This document shows, piece by piece, positions 1 to 12,174 of a stretch of 64,000 bases of DNA (position 1 is its first letter; the number at the start of each line of letters is the position of its first letter). This DNA is from Eledone cirrhosa (lineage: Eukaryota), in assembly GCA_964016885.1 (NCBI GenBank), contig OZ024743.1, positions 292,764,001 to 292,828,000 of the forward strand, in the 5' to 3' direction. The notes below the pieces were generated by a model, which saw nothing but the letters and a program-made list of their open reading frames with translations, did not search any database and was not told the origin of the DNA. The position numbers and the translations under genes are program-made.

Positions 1-840
1 CACATGAATGGTAATCGTATATATGATGACATGATTGTTAATCGTATATATTTGTATATATATACTGTGAAATTTGTATAACCTAATGAGTGTATAGCAG
101 TGATTAAGAGAAATCATTTACGTTTTGTATGGCTATATTGTTGGCTTGAGTAAACATAATTTCTATTTTCAGGACGTGCGTATCTATATGTATGTATATA
201 TACATATATATCTGTATGTCTTTGCATAAAATACTAATCTCTATAACAAGGGTACATTTTGAACTCAGATTTTGGTATATTGATCTCAAGTTTCTAAACT
301 AAACATGTGGTCATTATTGAACAATGTTTAATTTCTCATATTATATATCTATGTCCCATTCATTAATATTGATACTTATATTTATATTTTTGTTATTCAT
401 TTCATATAAATTGTTAACTCAACTTAATATGACATGACGTAAAGTTGTCACTCCCCCCCCCCCCCATCTCTATATAGTATTTCTCTCTCTTGAGTTTTTC
501 TTTCTGTATGATGACTTGATATCTCTCTGTTGCTTTCCTTTGTTTTTCTTATTCCTTCCTTTTCTTTCTTTTTTATTTCCTCCTATCTATCTCTTTCTTT
601 TCTCCATACATTTCTCTCTCTCTCCGATATTTCTCCAGGTTTTCTTTCTCTTTTCTTTCTCTCTCTCTGTCTTTGTTCTTTTCTCTCTCTCCGTCTTTTT
701 TCTTTCTCTACGTCTTTTTCTAATTGTGCTTAACACTATGACTTATTATATAAACAAATCACTATCCAGACAGCCTCCAAAAGTAATGGTTGTATTTTAA
801 AGGGTACGTCAAACCTATTTGTAAAACTGTTAAATATTGT

Positions 841-903
841 ATTTTGTCTGATGAAGGCATACCATAATTTAATGTGGTATCCCTGAAATATGTATAATGA
901 AAT
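841..903 (+). ncRNA. Minimal type-I hammerhead ribozyme (family A) in a PLE 3' end/pLTR remnant that runs to (TA)n at ~1030
   Basis: ATTTTGT-CTGATGA(848-854)-AGGCATACCAT..ATGTGGTATCCCT-GAAA(885-888)-TATGTA-TA-ATGAAAT; homologous copies at 21645, 28818 and ~40000. Confidence 0.8.
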
Positions 904-1029
904 AAATATGGTTTTATAAATATAGTTTCCATTTATTAATATCGTATATCTACTCCAAAAATGTGTCGAGTGCTTTATATCAGTTATAAACATATTTACT
1001 TGTATCCCAACAACTTTAAATAGAACTTT

Positions 1030-1221
<192 letters not shown>

Positions 1222-1225
1222 GAAA

Positions 1226-2043
1226 TATAAGTATGTATGTATGTAAACGTACATACATATATGTATACAGACGTACAGTAGTATGTATATATATACATAC
1301 ATGCACACATATATATGCACGTATCGGTTTACTAATATTTCTTATAATGCTCGGGTATGTTTGTAAACAAACAAACACTGTAGGGCGTAATTCGGGCTGT
1401 TTGTTTGTTTACAAACAGCCCGAATTACGCCCTACAGTGTTTAGGCAACCACGTCACCTTTCTGTTCCACACTGACACAGGAACGATGTACTAGTTTCAA
1501 GCTTATTAGCTATCGTCAGCATCGTATAGCTTCCTGCCAAATGGTTGAACGTCTGAAAGTATATACTTTCCTTATGCATATTAACGGCTGAGCAGCCTAA
1601 TTTGCATATCGAGTGAGTTCAGTCGGCTGGGCGCACCGAAAACGATAAATGGAATAGAATGAAACGAAATTTCATTTCTCACTCTTAGTACGGCACTTAC
1701 TTAAATGCAAGTATGTATGTATGTATACGTACATACATATATATATACAGACGTACAGTAGTATGTATATATATACATACATGCACACATATATATATGC
1801 ATGTATCGGTTTACCGAACATTTATTATAATGCTCGATTTGTTTGTTTGTAAACAAACAAACAGTCCGAATTACGCCGTACAGTGTTTTAGGCAACCACT
1901 TCACCTGTTTGTCAATACTACATACTACTGTACATCTGTACACATATATGTATGTACGTATACATACATACATACTTGCATATAAGTAATTTCCGTACTA
2001 AGAGTGAGAAATGAAATTTCGTTTCATTTTATTCCATTCATAG
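1226..2043 (-). mobile_element. Non-coding HHR-bearing element with partial tandem (~483 bp period) and inverted segments (retrozyme-like)
   Basis: 1226-1460 repeated at ~1709-1910; ~1651-1760 inverted at ~1921-2043; HHR between the direct repeats; flanked by (TA)n; another fragment at 10501-10635. Confidence 0.7.
1483..1525 (-). ncRNA. Minimal hammerhead ribozyme (family B)
   Basis: Minus strand ACGATG-CTGACGA-TAGCTAATAAGCTT-GAAA-CTAG-TA-CATCGT; perfect stem I and GUA cleavage triplet. Confidence 0.9.
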
Positions 2044-2069
<26 letters not shown>

Positions 2070-2076
<7 letters not shown>

Positions 2077-2374
2077 TAAGTATGTTTTGAAACAGTGAGC
2101 AGGTTTGAAATTAGAAAATAGAATAGCTTTCACCGTATTTTTGACTAAAGAAATTTTAACCTGATAATGGGGTTTAGAACCCTCAGATAAATGGAAAAAG
2201 ATGAGTATTGACGTACACCAACACATCATATGGGTGATGTGTTGGTGTAATGGTAGCACAGTGGTCTGGATAACCAAAGATGTGGGTTGACTCCCATGTA
2301 CGTCAATACCTATCTTTTTCCATTTATCTGAGGGTTCTAAAACCAATTATCAGGCTAAAATTTCTTTAGTCAAA
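2070..2374. mobile_element. Fold-back element in (TA)n containing a tRNA-like sequence
   Basis: Arms ~2140-2217 and ~2297-2373 are inverted; tRNA-like 2235-2305 with A-box-like TGGTGTAATGG and B-box-like GGTTGACTCC; T5 run at 2315-2319. Confidence 0.55.
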
Positions 2375-2508
2375 TATATATATATATGTAGGAGGTGAGT
2401 TTTATTGTAGCACAATAAAGCAATGCAAATATCGGATAAGTAGCACTCTACAGTTTGTAGAACTGGAGTATAAATATAATATCAAAAGATGGTTAAAAGA
2501 GTTCCAAG

Positions 2509-2579
2509 TATTTTATTATGCGCATTTCAAAAATAAATATCATCTTGGGATGATATCTGCATTCTCATCAGATAAAATA
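2509..2579 (-). ncRNA. Hammerhead ribozyme (family C), inverted-arm copy
   Basis: Reverse complement of 4896-4966 with intact CTGATGA/GAAA core. Confidence 0.85.
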
Positions 2580-4895
2580 GGGAGACATGATATGAAGGTT
2601 AAAAAACACTTGTGAATAGTGAAGTTTTAAATCAACATATGAAAAATAAACTAAGATAGATATATGAGATTGGGAAAAAGTGAGGGGAGGGGGGGGGGGG
2701 TAAGGAAAAGGTAAGGAAGAGGGAGAAAGAAAAATAAAGGAAGGTGCGGGAGGAGTATAAGAAGGAAGGATGAGAGAGGAGGAGAAATGGGTGATAGAGA
2801 GAGAAATAGCCTTTACAACTGCGAAAACATTGTCTCACAGAGAGAAATTTAAAAAACCGTTGGAAGATAATAGATAATTCAAAAGACTTTAAAAGTTAAT
2901 GAGTTTTATGCATGAAGAAAAGGGAATTAAGAATAGTATTAAATTAAGGTTTTTATATTGAAGAGTTTAATAATATGTGCGAAAAAAATAATTTATTAAT
3001 ATGTATTATTAAAATAAATCTATTAATGATATTAAGGATATAATGTGAAAGAAGGAGAATATTCCTAAACTATTCGTTAGGGCCTTAGATAAATGCTTCC
3101 TTCCCTCACATATCTATAGTAAAATCTTTAACAAACATACAATCAAATTTTCTTATTCCACCACTTCCAACATCTCTAACATTTTCTAAACACAACAATA
3201 AAATATTAAATAATAAATTACATCCTTCCAACACTGAGCGTCATAATAATAGCAACAGTAATCACGACGTCACTGTTAACTCTAGGCTAGATTCTGTAAA
3301 TTTAAATACGACGTCAAACGTAACTTCGTTGAATGTTCATAATACCAATCTAAATCATGAAACTATAGTTCCTATCGTAAATAACTTCTCCAATCCAATT
3401 CCCTCTATAAATAATACTAGGTCACTTGTTAATAACTCTGTTAATTTCTCTAATTGTAATTGTAATTGTCCTGTTAGAACTAAATGTCCTCTTAATAACC
3501 AATGTCTTGATAAAAACTTAGTGTATGAATGTAAGGTTATAACTGATACCAATTTTTTTACCTATTTCGGTTCCACTTACACATCCTTTAAAGCTAGATT
3601 TTATAATCACAAATCGTCTTTTAAATACCAACTTAAAAGAACTAACACGGCACTCTTCGCAACTCATATGGTCCTTAAAAGACACAAATATTAACTATAA
3701 CATCTCTTGGAGGAAGGTTTGCACCGCTTTTCCTTACCTGAATTCTTCCCTATCCAGAACATGTAATCTCTGCCTAACCGTGAAATTTACCATTATATCT
3801 AATTTCAATTCTATAATAAATAGACACACGGATTTATTTTCGCTCTGCTTGCATAAATTCCACAGAACATTCCATAAAGTATACAGCTAATATCTAATAC
3901 CTAATTAGTTAAAAATCTTATTTTCTCAAAGGCTTTTATATCTTTTACAAATATACCGATCTCTCTACCTTATTTCAGTAATATATATTATATAATACAA
4001 TTTACTCATTCTATGTCGTTATAATCCCTATCTCTCTTTTCTTCTTTTTATCATTTTTCCTTTCTTCCATTTCTTTTTTTATTTCTAATCTCTAATCTGT
4101 ACTTTTTCTTCCCAATTACTTCTCAATTCATATTATTACTCACTACAGCATTATCTATTTTTCCATTTTCCCTCATATGGCCATTAAAACTATTTTTTTT
4201 AAATATATTATAATATTACTATTAGAAAATTTTCGTAAACATATATACTTTTTGACGTTATATATTCTTTTCTTCCTTAAATTTTCTTTTTTCTTCTCTC
4301 CTTCCGTGCTCGTTTAAAACCTACTATTTACTTTTACTTTTACATATTACAATACATAAAAACAAACTTAAACCCCAACTAATTCCTCTAAGTTCATAAT
4401 TCATTTATTCTTCTCCTTCTTTCACATTATATCCTTAATATCATTAATATTTTTATTTTAATAATACATATTAATAAATTCTTTTTTTCGCACATATTAT
4501 TAAACCCTTCAATATACAAACCTTAATTTAATACTATTCTTAATTCCCTTTTCTTCATGCATAAACCTCATTAACTTTTAATTTCAAACTCTTTTAAATT
4601 ATCTATTATCTTCCAACGGTTTTATTTATTTCTCTCTGTGAGACAATGTTTTCTCAGTTGTAAAGGCTATTTCTCTCTCTCTATCACTCATTTATCCTCC
4701 TCTCTCATTCTTCCTTCTTATACTCCTCCCCACCATCCTTTATTTTTCTTTCTTCCTCTTCCTTACCTTTTCCTACCCCACCCCCACCCCCTCACTTTTT
4801 TCCAATCTCATATATCCATCTTAGTTTATTTTTCATATGTTGATTTAAAACTTCACTGCTCACAAGTGTTTTTTAAGCTTCATATCATGTCTCCC

Positions 4896-4966
4896 TATTT
4901 TATCTGATGAGAACGCAGATATCATCCCAAGATAATATTTGTTTTTGAAATGCGCATAATAAAATA
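4896..4966 (+). ncRNA. Hammerhead ribozyme (family C)
   Basis: TATTTTAT-CTGATGA(4904-4910)-stem II-GAAA(4947-4950)-TGCGCA-TA-ATAAAATA. Confidence 0.88.
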
Positions 4967-5001
4967 CTTGGAACTCTTTTAACCATCTTTTGATCTTATA
5001 T

Positions 5002-5033
<32 letters not shown>

Positions 5034-5035
5034 CA

Positions 5036-5684
5036 CTTGGTTGTCCATCGTAAACGATGATGACATCATCTTTACTTTAGTTCCCGTCTGCCATGGGAAC
5101 GAAGGTGGCTGTGGAGGTCGATCCTTGACTTGTAGGTCCGGGGATAGTGGGGGCAGGGTAAGAGACCGGATACGCTTGGGGCAGCTGCTGATGCCTTTCT
5201 CCTCCTTTCACGGGCCTTTGTGACCTCTGCCCGTCTCTTCTCTTCAAAAGAGACTTTGGCGCGTCTGGTAAGGGCTCGCCACTCAGTCCTGTCCTGAGCA
5301 TGAGACTAGAGTTGTTTGGGTGCGATTCTAGTGTTGTTGATACTGGACTTCACGCAGTCTTTGAATCTCTTGAGAGGCCTGCCCCGCTTTCTTGTCCCAG
5401 AATAGAGTTCCCCATACATCAGTTGCTTCGGAAGCAACTGATGTATCGTCCACCCAGATGACATACCCCGCCCATCGAAGCCGGCTCTTCAGTATCAGCC
5501 ATGTCAAGAACTTCGATGTTGGAGACCTTGTCCTGCCATTTGATGTTTATGATTGACCGCAGACAGCGCATGTGGAACCGTTCCAGCTGCTTCAGGTGCC
5601 TTCTGTACAGGGTCCATGTCTCACATCCGTAGAGGAGGCTGGTGAGAACAACGGCCCTGTACACCTTGAGCTTGGTGGACTGCC
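5036..5684 (-). mobile_element. RTE-clade LINE 3' fragment
   Basis: YRAVVLTSLLYGCETWTLYRRHLKQLERFHMRCLRSIINIKWQDKVSN is the typical post-RT region of RTE/BovB elements; frameshifted. Confidence 0.85.
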
Positions 5685-5786
5685 CATATATATATGTATG
5701 TAAAAGGTAAACAGAAATAACAGCACAATCGGTACAGTATATGGAAGGTATATATTAGGTTAACGCTTGATATAGCAGGAAGAGGG

Positions 5787-5823
5787 TCTTAACGTTTCGG
5801 ATGCTAGTCCGTCATTAGAAGAA
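5787..5823 (-). ncRNA. Degenerate minimal hammerhead (core CTAATGA)
   Basis: TCTT-CTAATGA-CGGACTAGCATCC-GAAA-CG-TT-AAGA. Confidence 0.55.
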
Positions 5824-5904
5824 AGAATGAGAAATAAAATAGATTGAGGGGACGGGCGGGATGGAATTGGAAAAAATTGGAAAAAATGTCTTTAGATGAA
5901 AATA

Positions 5905-6178
5905 ACAGATCCATAAGAAACGGAGAATCAGTGGTGCGACGAATTAAGATTTATTAGACATATTACAATCGTTTCTCTAGCGACCAGCTCGAGACACGAT
6001 CGATGCAATGATCGAAGCTGACTCTGAAATCGCAAGAAACTCAGATAAGTCTCGATTCTTCTTGGAAACCCTGCTTCGAAGAATCGAGACGTTTCTGAGG
6101 ATCTTGCGATTTCAGTGTCAGGTTCGATCATTGCATCGATCCTGCTTCGAGCTGGTCGCCAGAGAAACGATTGTAATA
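5905..6178. mobile_element. Fold-back HHR element (family D, long stem II)
   Basis: Arms ~5960-6060 and ~6079-6178; plus arm reads CTGAGGA(6095-6101)-TCTTGCGA..TCGCCAGA-GAAA(6164-6167)-CGATTG-TA; homolog at 22826-23063. Confidence 0.8.
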
Positions 6179-6213
6179 TACATATATATATATATTTATA
6201 TATATATATATGC

Positions 6214-6252
<39 letters not shown>

Positions 6253-6395
6253 TGTTTGTGTGTGTGTGTGTGTATTCCTATATATATGTATATACACATA
6301 TATATATACATATATATATATATGCACATATATATACATATACATATGAATATATATATGTATATATATATATGTGTATATACATATATATAGGA

Positions 6396-6450
<55 letters not shown>

Positions 6451-6452
<2 letters not shown>

Positions 6453-7181
6453 GGAACAAGTATGACCCCGACGGCAGAGCTCAAGTCGTTTCGACGGCTA
6501 TTTCTGGACTAAATAAGAATATTTAGCCTGGTAAATAAATAGCCGAACTTCTCAGGGGGTATTACCTTATATGGGAAGGTAGTAATTGTCAAGAGGATTG
6601 GTTACAAATTTGTTGTAAATCCAGATCATAGCACTTAGTGGAAGGTAGGGGTGGCTGAATTGCCGGTAGAACAAAGAGAGAGTGGGGAAAACCCTGTGAA
6701 GCCTTGAAACTGAAATCTATACAGCAGATTCTAAGGATAGTGTATAAAAGGTCTAAAAAAGTGTACTGCAGAAGAGGAGAGGGGGGGAGTTGAAAGAATA
6801 GGTAAATCGAAAGAGAGTAAAAAAAAAACATTATAAAAATAAGGAAATAAATATATAATAACAATTTCTGGTTACTACTCCATTTCTACAATCACCAAAT
6901 TTCTCATTGGTATTGCTAAGCTATAGAAAAGTTTAATAGGTGGAGAATGGGAAAAATGCTAAATACGGGATTGTAGTGAAAGAATTTTATAAAGTCGGCT
7001 TTACAGGGGGTGTAATACGCTGCTATAGATAGCTAGTAATCAGCCAATGCTATCTTACAATGACAGGTTAATAAGTTGAGAACAAAAATACTAAAATACT
7101 ACTACAAAAATATTAATACTAATACAAAAATACTAATACCCTAAGTTATGGTCCATCTGATTCCTTACCACAATTCCTCCG

Positions 7182-7183
<2 letters not shown>
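6451..7183. mobile_element. HHR element (family E) with oppositely oriented 3' ends, between TA/CA tracts
   Basis: Minus-strand HHR 6474-6560: ACCCC-CTGAGAA-GTTCGGCTATTT..AAATAGCCGTC-GAAA-CGACTTGAGCTCTGCCG-TC-GGGGT; 7143-7183 matches the family terminus seen at 19717 and 28029 in the opposite orientation. Confidence 0.7.
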
Positions 7184-7225
<42 letters not shown>

Positions 7226-7338
7226 GTTTGAATATGTGTAATAAAGCCAAAACAATGCAGGTATGGACATAGAAAAAAGAATGCAATTGTAAAAGATATT
7301 GTTGACAATTCGTCCTTTACCTTAGATTTATTTAAATG

Positions 7339-7375
7339 TCCTTAATTTTCGAGATAATATCTCTTCTTCAGAGGG
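7339..7375 (-). ncRNA. Minimal hammerhead (family F), inverted-arm copy
   Basis: Reverse complement of 10263-10299. Confidence 0.65.
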
Positions 7376-8211
7376 AAATAAAGGTCTCAAACCAGCGTTC
7401 TAAATATTTTGCCAAGCCATGCTGACAGGAAATAATATAGAGTATCTGTTCTATCTCTAATGTCAAAGAGTTAAAATTAGGTGGATAAAGAGTAGTCTCC
7501 CTTTAAAAGGGGTTTGTTTAGGGTTTTTTGTTGTTTTTTTACTATTTTATATACATGCCTGTATAAGTGTGTGGGAGAATGCATGAAGGTGTAAGTATGT
7601 GAGTGTGTGTGTGTGAGTGTGAGAAGATAAGTCTATTCGTAAATGTGGGGGATAGGTGTTATCTGGTGTTAGAACTGGTTATGTGTGTGTATGTGTGAGA
7701 GAGAAGAAGTGAATGTGTAAGCGTGTGTGTGTATGGTGTGTGTAAATATGGGGCTAGAAGCCCTATCAGGTGATAAATTGGGTGTTGAGTTCTAGTCTAT
7801 TATTGATTGGTGGTTGTGTTTTATCTATAATTAGTGCTTCCTTAATTCTAAGATTGCCGAGGTTTCGTTCCTTAGTTTCTATCCTAACTGTTATGGTTTT
7901 GTCGGAGTTTTTGCATTTAACTAGGTGTTTCTTAAATGAGGAAGCGTTAGTATTGAGGTGTTCTTTTATTCTTATGTGGAGTGGTCTGGTGGTGCTACCT
8001 ACGTAGAAGTTGTTGCATTTGTCACACTCTAGTCTGTATACGACGTAAGCCTGGTGGCATAGGTCTGTGTCGTTGATGGGGCAGTTGGCTAGTCTGCAGC
8101 AGTTGTCATGTCTGGTGGAGTGTCTCTTGGCCAGCCGTCCGCGCAGAGAAGGACCCGAGTGGGCCAGTTGGATATCCAGTCCCTCTCGTCTGATGGCTCT
8201 TCGGATGGCTG

Positions 8212-9869
8212 TTGTTGTTATCCGACAAAGGTAAAGAGTTTTGCTTCATCTCTCAAGCCACATACAATAACCTAGCCTTTGAACACCTAAGCGACAGTGA
8301 ATTATACACAGTGATCCCGGACATGACTGCAGCCCAGATCGAAAAACAGACCAACTCCATTTGGTTCGATATCTGTAGGAGAAGACAACTCCCAAATAAA
8401 GTTAAGCTCAACTACACCACTAGAAATAGCAGACTGCCCACTTTCTACCACCTCATCAAGACCCACAAGAATAGTACTAAGACGCAAATAAGACCCATCG
8501 TCTCTAGTATAGAAGGACCCCTATAGAAAATTTCCTGGCTCCTCTCCTAGGTCCTCAAGCCTCTACTCTCCACCTTTCCCGGGCATGTCAGTAGCTCCGA
8601 CGAAGTTATACGTAGACTACACCAACTCCAGCCAGAACAACTTAAACTAAATAAATACGCTTTTAGCCTCGACGTTGTCTCCCTCTACACTACAGTCCCC
8701 GCTCATCCAGCTGTAGATTTATTGACGGACTGCGTGGTCGCAGAGGACATCCACTGCTACGGCCTCCACCAGACGGACATACACCAGCTTTTGTCCTTCA
8801 CAGTAGACAACACGTACTTCACCTTCCACCACCACACATACAGACAGACAACAGGTTTACCCATGGGATCCAGACTATCGGGCCTGCTGGCCATCACCTA
8901 CATGAACCAGCTAGAATGCCGAGCCCTCAACACCTGCCATTCCCATGCCTTCTTCACCCGATATGTAGATGACATACTCATGCTTACATCATCCCGTGAG
9001 GAGCACATAAAATATACACAACATTCTCCAGCATGGACGCCAGTATAAAGTTCAGCATGGAACACCCCGATGACCGCGGATCCCTATCCCTACTGGACTT
9101 CCAACTCAGGGTAACAGAGGAAGGCAACATCCACACCTGCTTCTATAAAAAAGCCGCCAGCAGGGACCTGTTCGTACATTTCAGATCGGCCCTCCCACTC
9201 GGTGCCAAGTTCGGATACATAAGGAACGAACTGGCACGTATCCGGAACAAATGCACCGACGCTAGAGACCGAGACACACACACCACACATTTCCTGGAAG
9301 TACTCAAACTGAACGGATACACGACATCCACCACAAACCGTGCCAGAAAGAACAGAGAACACCACACCCGAGGCACTAACACTTGCTCCCTGAAGCTCCC
9401 ACACTTCAGTGAAGAAACAACAACAGCCATCCGCAGAGCCATCAGACGAGAGGGACTGGATATCCAACTGGCCCACTCGGGTCCTTCTCTGCGCGGAAGG
9501 CTGGCCAAGAGACACTCCACCAGACATGACAACTGCTGCAGACTAGTCAACTGCCCCATCAACGACACAGACCTATGCCACCAGGCTTACGTCGTATACA
9601 GACTAGAGTGTGACAAATGCAACAACTTCTACGTAGGTAGCACCACCAGACCACTCCACATAAGAATTAAAGAACACCTCTATACTAACGCTTCCTCATT
9701 TAAGAAACACCTAGTTAAATGCAAAAACACCGACAAAACCATAACAGTTAGGATAGAAACTAAGGAAAGAAACCTCGGCAATCTTAGAATTAAGGAAGCA
9801 CTAATAATAGATAAAATACAACCACCAATCAATAATAGACTAGAACTCAACACCCAATTTATAACCTGA
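8212..9869 (+). pseudogene. PLE RT/GIY-YIG ORF, disrupted by stops and a frameshift
   Basis: ORF pieces 8212-8526, 8722-9048 and 9033-9869; TAG stops near 8524 and 8548. Confidence 0.9.
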
Positions 9870-10262
9870 TAGGGCTTCTAGCCCCATATTTACACACCCC
9901 ACACACACACACGCTTACACCTCCACTTATTCTCTCTCACACATGCACACACATAACCAGTTCTAACACCAGATAACACCTATCCCCCACATTTACGAAT
10001 AGACTTATCTTCTCACACTCTCACACACACACTCACATACTTACACCTTCATGCATTCTCCCACACACTTATACAGGCATGTATATAAAATATTGAAAAA
10101 AAACAACAAAAAAACCCTAAACAAACCCCGTTTAAAGGGAGACTACTCTTTATCCACCTAATTTTTACTCTTTGACATTAGAGATAGAACAGATACTCTA
10201 TACTATTTCCTGTCAGCATGGCTTGGCAAGATATTTAGAACGCTGGTTTGAGACCTTTATTT

Positions 10263-10299
10263 CCCTCTGAAGAAGAGATATTATCTCGAAAATTAAGGA
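10263..10299 (+). ncRNA. Minimal hammerhead (family F) in the PLE 3' UTR
   Basis: CCT-CTGAAGA(10267-10273)-AGAGATATTATCTC-GAAA(10288-10291)-AT-TA-AGG; stems I and III very short. Confidence 0.65.
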
Positions 10300-10457
10300 C
10301 ATTTACATAAATCTAAGGTAAAGGACGAATTGTCAACAATATCTTTTACAATTGCATTCTTTTTTCTATGTCCATACCTGCATTGTTTTGGTTTTATTAC
10401 ACATATTCAAACGTTTATACCTCATTACACAATGCTTCAAGTGAACTATAACCTCCT

Positions 10458-10504
<47 letters not shown>

Positions 10505-10679
10505 AAGTATGTATGTATACGTACATACATATATGTATGTGCATATATGTATGTACGTATACATACATACTTACATTTAAGTAAGTGCCGTACTAAGAGT
10601 GAGAAATGAAATTTCGTTTCATTCTGTTCCATTTATATATGTATATATATATATATATATATACGTATATGAGTGTATA

Positions 10680-12067
10680 TCCGTCTGTTTCAACGATGAA
10701 TGTACAAGTTCTTCGATGTACCTGCTCATCTAGCGGTCAACCTAGTGACTGACTGCATTATTTCATACATCATATACTGCTTCGACTTCACTCCATAAGC
10801 CATACATCAGCTTCTATCCATCATCGTAGAAAATACATATTTCACTTTTCACCACCACACACGCAAACAAACAACAGGCCTACTCATGGTATTCAGTCTT
10901 TCAGGCCTTTTAACCATCACCTATATGAACCAACTGGAACGTTGAGCGCTCCATACACGCTGCGCCTGTGTTTTCTTCATCCAATACAAAGATGACATAC
11001 TCATCCTCACATCACCCCGTGATGAGGCCGACATAATATTCATGGCATTTTCATACGCAGAAAACAACATATGATTTACCACAGAACTATCCGATAAAAA
11101 TGGTTCCGTTTCTCTGCTGGACTTCCAACTTAGAGTAATAGAAGAATGTGCTATATACGCCAACTTCTGTTTGTTCATTATTGGTGCTAAAACCGGATAC
11201 ATAGGAAATGAACGTACGCAGAATAAATGTAGCAAGAATCAGATCCCTCACACTGCACAATTCATAGATGTACTGAAGACGAACGGATACCCAACCACCT
11301 TTAACAGCTGCTTCATGAAATTACCAAATTTCAGCGAAAGCATAATCCCAGCTATCCACAGAGCTATCCGCAAATAAGGACTGGAGATACATATAGCATA
11401 CTACGGCCCTTCACTGCGTGGATATCTGTCTGAAAAGCAATTCAAAGACAACAACAATCAATGCTCGATGACTATCTGCCCAATCCACGATACAGGAATG
11501 TGTCAGAGGACATATGTGATATACCGGATTGAATGCAACACATGTAAGGGGTTTTACATTGGTAGCACGACTCGAGCACTCCACACACGCATTAAAGAAT
11601 ACCTCAACATACATTCATCCTGATTCCAAAAACACATTAACAAATGTAGAATAAAGCAAGCCTTGCTTATACGTAGACTCAACCCGCAAATAAATAATAG
11701 ATTAAAACTCAGCTCACAATACTAAGCATAAAAATACACCCACACGCACACAATACTTAACATAAAAAACATACCCACACGCACACAAACTGAACATTTT
11801 ATATAAAAAAGAAAATTGATTTCACGAATTAATACATTGGCAATTGACGTCATCCTCGTGAATAGCGAAATTGTGTGTTGTGTGTTGACAACACACAACA
11901 CACAAAAAGAAGATGGTGTAGGACAGAACAAGGAAGAGACACAAAATAAAAACCCAGTCACTGAGGAGGTCACAGAATGTGTGAGGAAAGAGCTTTAACA
12001 ATATATAATCAACCATCCGGTTATCAAACCAATCAACCGGAATTTATAGACCCTCCCAAAGTATAAC

Positions 12068-12070
<3 letters not shown>
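10680..12070 (+). mobile_element. Decayed Penelope-like element related to 8212-9869, with 3' HHR (family G) at 11957-11999
   Basis: Degenerate QYKDDILILTS and YVIYRIECNTCKGFYIGSTTRALHTRIKE; CTGAGGA(11961)-GGTCACAGAATGTGTGAG-GAAA(11986). Confidence 0.85.
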
Positions 12071-12125
<55 letters not shown>

Positions 12126-12137
12126 CAGACAGAGAGG

Positions 12138-12174
<37 letters not shown>

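Larger units (their letters stand above)
2388..5000 (+). mobile_element. 5'-truncated Penelope-like element (GIY-YIG remnant, probably Hydra clade) with an inverted copy of its 3' end
   Basis: 3060-3890 encodes CNCPVRTKCPLNNQCLDKNLVYECK..YFGSTYTSFKARFYNH and a later CNLCL; ~2478-3060 is the reverse complement of ~4408-4999; (TA)n on both sides. Confidence 0.88.
7221..10461 (+). mobile_element. 5'-truncated Penelope-like element (RT + GIY-YIG) with ~1 kb inverted 3' copy
   Basis: RT motifs IRPIVSS, SLDVVSLYT, QTTGLPMGSRLS, RYVDD; EN VVYRLECDKCNNFYVGSTTRPLHIRIKEH; 7221-8219 is the reverse complement of 9416-10417; (TA)n flanks. Confidence 0.95.

Noticed and set aside
2155-2200. CTGATAA-hairpin-GATA as an HHR in the tRNA-like fold-back
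   Set aside because: Two core mismatches in both arms and no stem I or III closure
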